A stretch of 64,000 bases of DNA from Gammaproteobacteria bacterium (GTDB taxonomy: Bacteria > Pseudomonadota > Gammaproteobacteria > Eutrophobiales > Eutrophobiaceae). The DNA is taken from the NCBI GenBank assembly GCA_965243205.1, contig CBDEUK010000001.1, positions 64,001-128,000 on the forward strand, in the 5' to 3' direction. A program made the translations under genes and the position numbers. A model generated the notes under the pieces. The model was not told the DNA's origin. It ran no database searches and saw only the letters and a program-made list of their open reading frames with translations. Shown here piece by piece: positions 59,801-64,000 of this stretch (its first letter is position 1; each line of letters opens with the position of its first letter).

Positions 59801-62281
59801 TCGCCGGCCATTACCTCACCGACAGCAAGTACTCTCACCAGCGGGTCAGTTACGGTCAATTGGGATCCCATGGGTAATGTAGCGCAAGATTGGGTTGCCA
59901 CAGCCGGAACAGGAACTTCGGGAGCTGCTGCTTATAACTTAGTCTTACCTGCTTATGCGGGAGCTTCTGCCACCAGCCAAACCTTATCGGGCTTACCTGT
60001 CGATGGCTCAGGATTTAACATCAATCTGTTCGCCTTAATCGATGGGGTCTGGACTGTGGTTGATACGGTAGCCGTTACTGCCTTTACCGCGCCATCACCA
60101 GCCATTACTTCACCGACCGGTGGCAGTACTCTAACCAGTGGCTCCGTCACCGTGAACTGGAACCCGAATGGCACCGCCCCTCAAAACTGGGTGGCCACAG
60201 CCGGAACAGGAACTTCGGGAGCTGCTGCTTATAACTTAGTCTTACCTGCTTATGCGGGAGCTTCTGCCACCAGCCAAACCTTATCGGGCTTACCTGTCGA
60301 TGGCTCAGGATTTAACATCAATCTGTTCGCCTTAATCGATGGGGTCTGGACTGTGGTTGATACGGTAGCCGTTACTGCCTTTACCGCACCATCACCAGCC
60401 ATTACTTCGCCGACCGGTGGCAGTACTCTAACCAGTGGCTCCGTCACCGTGAACTGGAACCCGAATGGCACCGCCCCTCAAAACTGGGTCGTTACCGCGG
60501 GTACCTCTAATGTCGCAGGGACCGCTGCCTATAACATTCTTTTACCATCAGTGGTTGGTACCAGTGCGACTAGCCAGACCTTATCGGGTTTACCAGTTGA
60601 TGGTTCTAATTTCTTTATTAATCTTTATGCGTTAGAGAACGGCGTGTGGAGCATCGTTGACTCGATTTCCGTCACTGCCTTTACCGCGCCATCACCAGCC
60701 ATTACTTCACCGACCGGTGGCAGTACTCTAACCAGTGGCTCCGTCACCGTGAACTGGAACCCGAATGGCAACACCCCTCAAAACTGGGTGGCCACAGCCG
60801 GAACAGGAACTTCGGGAGCTGCTGCTTATAACTTAGTCTTACCTGCTTATGCGGGAGCTTCTGCCACCAGCCAAACCTTATCGGGCTTACCTGTCGATGG
60901 CTCAGGATTTAACATCAATCTGTTCGCCTTAATCGATGGGGTCTGGACTGTGGTTGATACGGTAGCCGTTACTGCCTTTACCGCACCATCACCAGCCATT
61001 ACTTCGCCGACCGGTGGCAGTACTCTAACCAGTGGCTCCGTCACCGTGAACTGGAACCCGAATGGCACCGCCCCTCAAAACTGGGTCGTTACCGCGGGTA
61101 CCTCTAATGTCGCAGGGACCGCTGCCTATAACATTCTTTTACCATCAGTGGTTGGTACCAGTGCGACTAGCCAGACCTTATCGGGTTTACCAGTTGATGG
61201 TTCTAATTTCTTTATTAATCTTTATGCGTTAGAGAACGGCGTGTGGAGCATCGTTGACTCGATTTCCGTCACTGCCTTTACCGCACCATCACCAGCCATT
61301 ACTTCACCGACCGGTGGCAGTACTCTAACCAGTGGCTCCGTCACCGTGAACTGGAACCCGAATGGCACCGCCCCTCAAAACTGGGTCGTTACCGCGGGTA
61401 CCTCTAATGTCGCAGGGACCGCTGCCTATAACATTCTTTTACCATCAGTGGTTGGTACCAGTGCGACTAGCCAGACCTTATCGGGTTTACCAGTTGATGG
61501 TTCTAATTTCTTTATTAATCTTTATGCGTTAGAGAACGGCGTGTGGAGCATCGTTGACTCGATTTCCGTCACTGCCTTTACCGCGCCATCACCAGCCATT
61601 ACTTCACCGACCGGTGGCAGTACTCTAACCAGTGGCTCCGTCACCGTGAACTGGAACCCGAATGGCAACACCCCAGACAACTGGGTCGTCGCCGCAGGCA
61701 CCTCCAATGTGGCAGGACCTGCTGCTTATAACATCTTGCTACCTGCTCATGCAGGACCGTCGGCCAGCAGCCAAACTCTCTCTGGTCTGCCAACCGATGG
61801 CTCAAGCTTTTATCTCAACTTATATGCTCTTGATAACGGGGTTTGGACCATAGTCGACTCCATTAGCGTAACCTCGCCTTCCTGGATCTCAGGCTTGTTT
61901 AATGTTTCTGGATCTTTTTCATACTCTGGCTGCTCTAATCCATCATTGAATGTAACCCGATCATTCACAGGTACCTATAACTCAAACGCACAAGATGGTA
62001 ATGCATATAGTGGTTATCTATCCTTGGCAACGTTAAACGGGTTTAATCTGGCTTCTCTAGGCTTAGCCGTTAACTCATCATTCTCAGGCACTCATAGTCA
62101 AACCAGCTCATCAGGCAGTTACACCTTAGACGCCTACGAGCAAGGTGGTTTACAATCGAGAAATCAAGGCAATTTCAGTGCTAATTTATCTGGCAATTCC
62201 ATTTCTGTCAGTGGCTCTGGCAATGATGTCTTTGGCGAAACCTGTTCTATTAGTTATAACTTCTCCGGAACTAGACAGTAG
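56867..62281 (+). CDS. Large secreted multidomain surface protein: right-handed beta-helix, choice-of-anchor-Q-like segment, Calx-beta, DUF11, a VPxGTF domain and eight Ig/FN3-like repeats
   Basis: Signal peptide (..LFLFAALIIPFCSNA/D), TIQAAV...GDTVLVAPGTY.E, NN-rich coils, DFNLTSGSPSIDTG..DMGALEF, Calx-beta (FTISLSSPSGG...IEINNDD), DUF11 (TIQVTNSG...CNLGNIAVG), then TSP..STL.SGSVTVNW repeats. Confidence 0.9.
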   Translation: MEIFLMVLELTTKLNEFTTAQKKLSSAFYKLFLFAALIIPFCSNADTLNVPGDHATIQAAVTAATNGDTVLVAPGTYLENITIEGKQLILESAEGPSVTVIEGPPNGTPSSLTDAIIRINGNSTIVRGFTIQKGNSFPFASQGGGAITIRAGTPTIENNIIRETLDGVAIEVGNNASPIIRNNIIEDNTSNDVPFLIHLYSVTAPVIESNIFRNNTSQPINDVFASSSDIITIINNRFENNNFSGCGSIDADENTTYKIIQNVFSNNTANGATAGICIEESADAEIENNTFFNNQAGTTSTSALGADIYFSSNIGGVSNVTNNIFYNSSSLASIACNGPGSQTFLNNNIYNTTGPASAGVCSSIVGTNNNISQNPLFTDSSNSDFNLTSGSPSIDTGDNTATNIQATDIIGATRIIDGNNDVTATVDMGALEFNANGFLQFETPSIVAQENDTNASINICRIGGNSGAVGVNYLTANGTALDSVNYTLTSGTTTFTNGESGCKPVLIPLIDNNSIDPDVNFTISLSSPSGGALLTTQNQATIEINNDDNLLALNVSPNKSSYDFEETVTLTIQVTNSGVPSNATTAQNVTLTNVLPSDSPSPFGVTFSSVSASQGSCSGTQTIDCNLGNIAVGNTATVTITGTATKAGTFTNLAAVTADPVNTVPTNLTDLTTITVAGLPTAQELFPIVPLTKYNYRLNNSPSLTSSVFILPQTVNVNGVETYGFQFSEGSVEYFTNDSEGVKSYGEVDVDGYLQYIPPSKQINAQPILGETVNSNGTLRLSITGLGIFDLSYSRACTLNSIQSTSVPYGTFNAIRIVCTLTSSGVINGQTITFDGSQTNWFVKNVGLIKQTQTLTARVNGAINQTETRTLDLISIEPPPEISSPAANSTLTSGSATVNWNPNGATPQNWVVTAGTSNIAGPAAYNILLPENAGPSATSQTLSDLPVDGSSFYINLYMLIDGTWSIVDSISVNAFDAPSPAITSPTASTLTSGSVTVNWDPMGNVAQDWVATAGTGTSGAAAYNLVLPAYAGASATSQTLSGLPVDGSGFNINLFALIDGVWTVVDTVAVTAFTAPSPAITSPTGGSTLTSGSVTVNWNPNGTAPQNWVATAGTGTSGAAAYNLVLPAYAGASATSQTLSGLPVDGSGFNINLFALIDGVWTVVDTVAVTAFTAPSPAITSPTGGSTLTSGSVTVNWNPNGTAPQNWVVTAGTSNVAGTAAYNILLPSVVGTSATSQTLSGLPVDGSNFFINLYALENGVWSIVDSISVTAFTAPSPAITSPTGGSTLTSGSVTVNWNPNGNTPQNWVATAGTGTSGAAAYNLVLPAYAGASATSQTLSGLPVDGSGFNINLFALIDGVWTVVDTVAVTAFTAPSPAITSPTGGSTLTSGSVTVNWNPNGTAPQNWVVTAGTSNVAGTAAYNILLPSVVGTSATSQTLSGLPVDGSNFFINLYALENGVWSIVDSISVTAFTAPSPAITSPTGGSTLTSGSVTVNWNPNGTAPQNWVVTAGTSNVAGTAAYNILLPSVVGTSATSQTLSGLPVDGSNFFINLYALENGVWSIVDSISVTAFTAPSPAITSPTGGSTLTSGSVTVNWNPNGNTPDNWVVAAGTSNVAGPAAYNILLPAHAGPSASSQTLSGLPTDGSSFYLNLYALDNGVWTIVDSISVTSPSWISGLFNVSGSFSYSGCSNPSLNVTRSFTGTYNSNAQDGNAYSGYLSLATLNGFNLASLGLAVNSSFSGTHSQTSSSGSYTLDAYEQGGLQSRNQGNFSANLSGNSISVSGSGNDVFGETCSISYNFSGTRQ
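59505..61875 (+). repeat. Eight tandem 297/300-bp coding repeats, order C-A-A-B-A-B-B-C'
   Basis: The actct(a/c)accag anchor occurs at 59534, 59831, 60128, 60425, 60725, 61022, 61322 and 61622. A-type units are 99 aa (GTGTSGAAAYNLVLP) and B-type units 100 aa (GTSNVAGTAAYNILLP). Confidence 0.95.
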
Positions 62282-62346
62282 TTCGAGAACAACATTCGCT
62301 CTGTGGTTGATTTTATTAATCTAACTCCATCAAATTAATGGGACTA

Positions 62347-62383
62347 TGAAAGATAGGTTTCTTCATAAGAAACCTATCTTTCA
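62347..62383. terminator. Perfect 17-bp inverted repeat between the two surface-protein genes (terminator or mRNA-stabilising hairpin)
   Basis: tgaaagataggtttctt-cat-aagaaacctatctttca; no long U-tract. Confidence 0.65.
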
Positions 62384-62477
62384 ATTCAATGAAGGCGCTT
62401 TTCAAATTATTTCATTCGAATTAAAATAGCGGAAAAAACAATACAATCTATCTAGGGGTTTAATATAAGCAAGGAAA

Positions 62478-64000
62478 ATGGGAAGGATGAAGTTCGCTTT
62501 ATTAAATTTCACATCGAAGAACGATAGTAATAATTTCTGTAATTTGTATTGCCGTAAGATCTTACAATGTATTTGTTGTTTTATATTTCTTATAGCACCT
62601 ATCAAGTCAATCGCTGACACACTAAACGTTCCATCAGAGTACTCAACCATTCAAGGTGCCATTGATGCTGCTAATGATGGGGATACTGTGTTGGTTGCAC
62701 CAGGGACGTATTTTGAAAATATCAACATGGATGACTTTGTTAACAAGAATATTATTCTTGAGTCATCTAATGGACCAGAAGTTACCATTATTGATGGTGG
62801 TAGTGATGGCACTACTATAACTGGGCCTGTAATCAGTATCACAACTTCTCTACCAGAAAATAGTTCTCCAATTTCCTCTTCAACTATCATCAAGGGGTTT
62901 ACTATACAAAATGGTCGAAATAATGTTAGAGGTCCTGGAGGAATTCATATAGTAGCTACTTCGCCGACCATTGAAAATAACATCATAAAGATTAATAACT
63001 CAGCGATTGAAATTCGAGCTAGTTCTTCTTTAATTAAAGATAATATTATTGAAAATAATACGGCCTGCTGTGGAAGCGGTTTATCAAGCGCCCTTTTGGT
63101 ACATTATTATGCCGATTCTAATTTTTCTTTTTCTCCTAGAATAGAAGGAAATATATTCAAAAATAATAATGCCACAGCTATTAAAATTCTCGGTCAGATA
63201 AACGGAAACCCTGAGCTTTTCCCCAATGCAATAATAAATATATCTGATAATGAATTTATTGAAAATACTTCGAATAATTGTGGAGCCATATATTCTTTAA
63301 GTAATAGTAATTTAAATATCATTCAAAATATTTTTGTCAGTAATGCAGCTATCCATAAAAGTGGTGGGGTATGTATTGAAAATAATTCTGGCACTATTTC
63401 AATAGAAAATAATACTTTTTTTAAAAACAAGGTTAATCTTAGCAATGGGAATTTCCCACCTTCTACTAACAAAGGCTCTGATCTTTACTTAAATACACGA
63501 ATAACAAATCAAGGGCCAATTAATTTAACTATTCAAAACAATAATTCTTTTTCTGAATATACGGAAACCTCAATTTATTGTGACGGAACTGATCAACCTA
63601 GTTTTAATAACAATAATTTTTATAATTCTAATGGAGATGTTTTCGGAGGCGTTTGTTCTATTAACTCAATCTCAAACGATAATATTTCAGAAGATCCATT
63701 ATATATAGATCCAGAAAATAACAACTTTAGGCTTACTATAAATTCTCCTTCAATTGATACAGGAAACAATAACGCCCCGAATTTAACCACTAATGATATT
63801 ACTGGTGTTACTAGAATCTTAGATGGGAATAACGATAACGTTGATGTAGTTGATATTGGCGCATTTGAATATAATCCAAATGGCATCATGGAGTTCTCTT
63901 CAAATTCACTCACATTTCAAGAAAACTCAAACACTGCCTCCATTGATGTATGTCGAATAGGCGGAACTATCGGAAATGTATCTGCAGATTATCTAACTTC
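62478..64000 (+). CDS. Paralogous secreted beta-helix/Calx-beta surface protein; 5' part only, continues past the right edge
   Basis: Translated by hand from ATG 62478 (or 62487): ...ICCFIFLIAPIKSIA/DTLNVPSEYSTIQGAIDAANDGDTVLVAPGTYFENI...NFRLTINSPSIDTG...DIGAFEYNPNG.MEF...DVCRIGG. Collinear with 56867..62281. Confidence 0.9.
   Translation, partial: MGRMKFALLNFTSKNDSNNFCNLYCRKILQCICCFIFLIAPIKSIADTLNVPSEYSTIQGAIDAANDGDTVLVAPGTYFENINMDDFVNKNIILESSNGPEVTIIDGGSDGTTITGPVISITTSLPENSSPISSSTIIKGFTIQNGRNNVRGPGGIHIVATSPTIENNIIKINNSAIEIRASSSLIKDNIIENNTACCGSGLSSALLVHYYADSNFSFSPRIEGNIFKNNNATAIKILGQINGNPELFPNAIINISDNEFIENTSNNCGAIYSLSNSNLNIIQNIFVSNAAIHKSGGVCIENNSGTISIENNTFFKNKVNLSNGNFPPSTNKGSDLYLNTRITNQGPINLTIQNNNSFSEYTETSIYCDGTDQPSFNNNNFYNSNGDVFGGVCSINSISNDNISEDPLYIDPENNNFRLTINSPSIDTGNNNAPNLTTNDITGVTRILDGNNDNVDVVDIGAFEYNPNGIMEFSSNSLTFQENSNTASIDVCRIGGTIGNVSADYLT

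Noticed and set aside
59953-61853. Repeated 73-aa minus-strand ORFs and other short ORFs in the repeat region
   Set aside because: They are shadows of the 297/300-bp coding repeats of the 1804-aa gene.
1-64000. Mobile elements, tRNA or rRNA genes
   Set aside because: I recognised no transposase, integrase, terminal repeats or structural RNA signatures.

Overview
AT-rich bacterial window, most consistent with a Gammaproteobacterium (RfaH plus ops site, GalU, WbpL/WbpM-type genes; this is inference). It has three parts. (1) 1-2298, minus strand, running off the left edge and not in the ORF track: a signal-peptide-bearing SpvB/TcdB-type (Tc-B/RHS-like) protein with seven near-identical 162-bp FG-GAP repeats. 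(2) 2691-56627: 53 co-oriented minus-strand genes forming a very large surface-glycan locus. It carries its own rfaH, a winged-helix regulator with twin palindromes, an ops element and a PglK/Wzk-like ABC flippase, and I found no wzx/wzy/wzz/ligase. It contains four sugar modules: a CDP-6-deoxy/C-methyl/amino-sugar module, a pseudaminic-acid-like module with two NeuB-family synthases, an HpcH-aldolase/KdsB-like ulosonate module, and an L-QuiNAc plus initiation module. (3) 56867-64000, plus strand: two tandem paralogous secreted beta-helix/Calx-beta proteins. The first has eight ~100-aa mosaic repeats and the second runs off the right edge. The most unusual element is at 38948-43085: a sugar aminotransferase, E1-alpha, E1-beta and a protein fusing a lipoyl domain and a subunit-binding-like segment to a PglD-type sugar N-acyltransferase. 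This looks like a 2-oxoacid-dehydrogenase machine re-purposed to N-acylate an amino sugar, possibly without CoA. All family assignments come from recognising motifs by eye; no database search was run.
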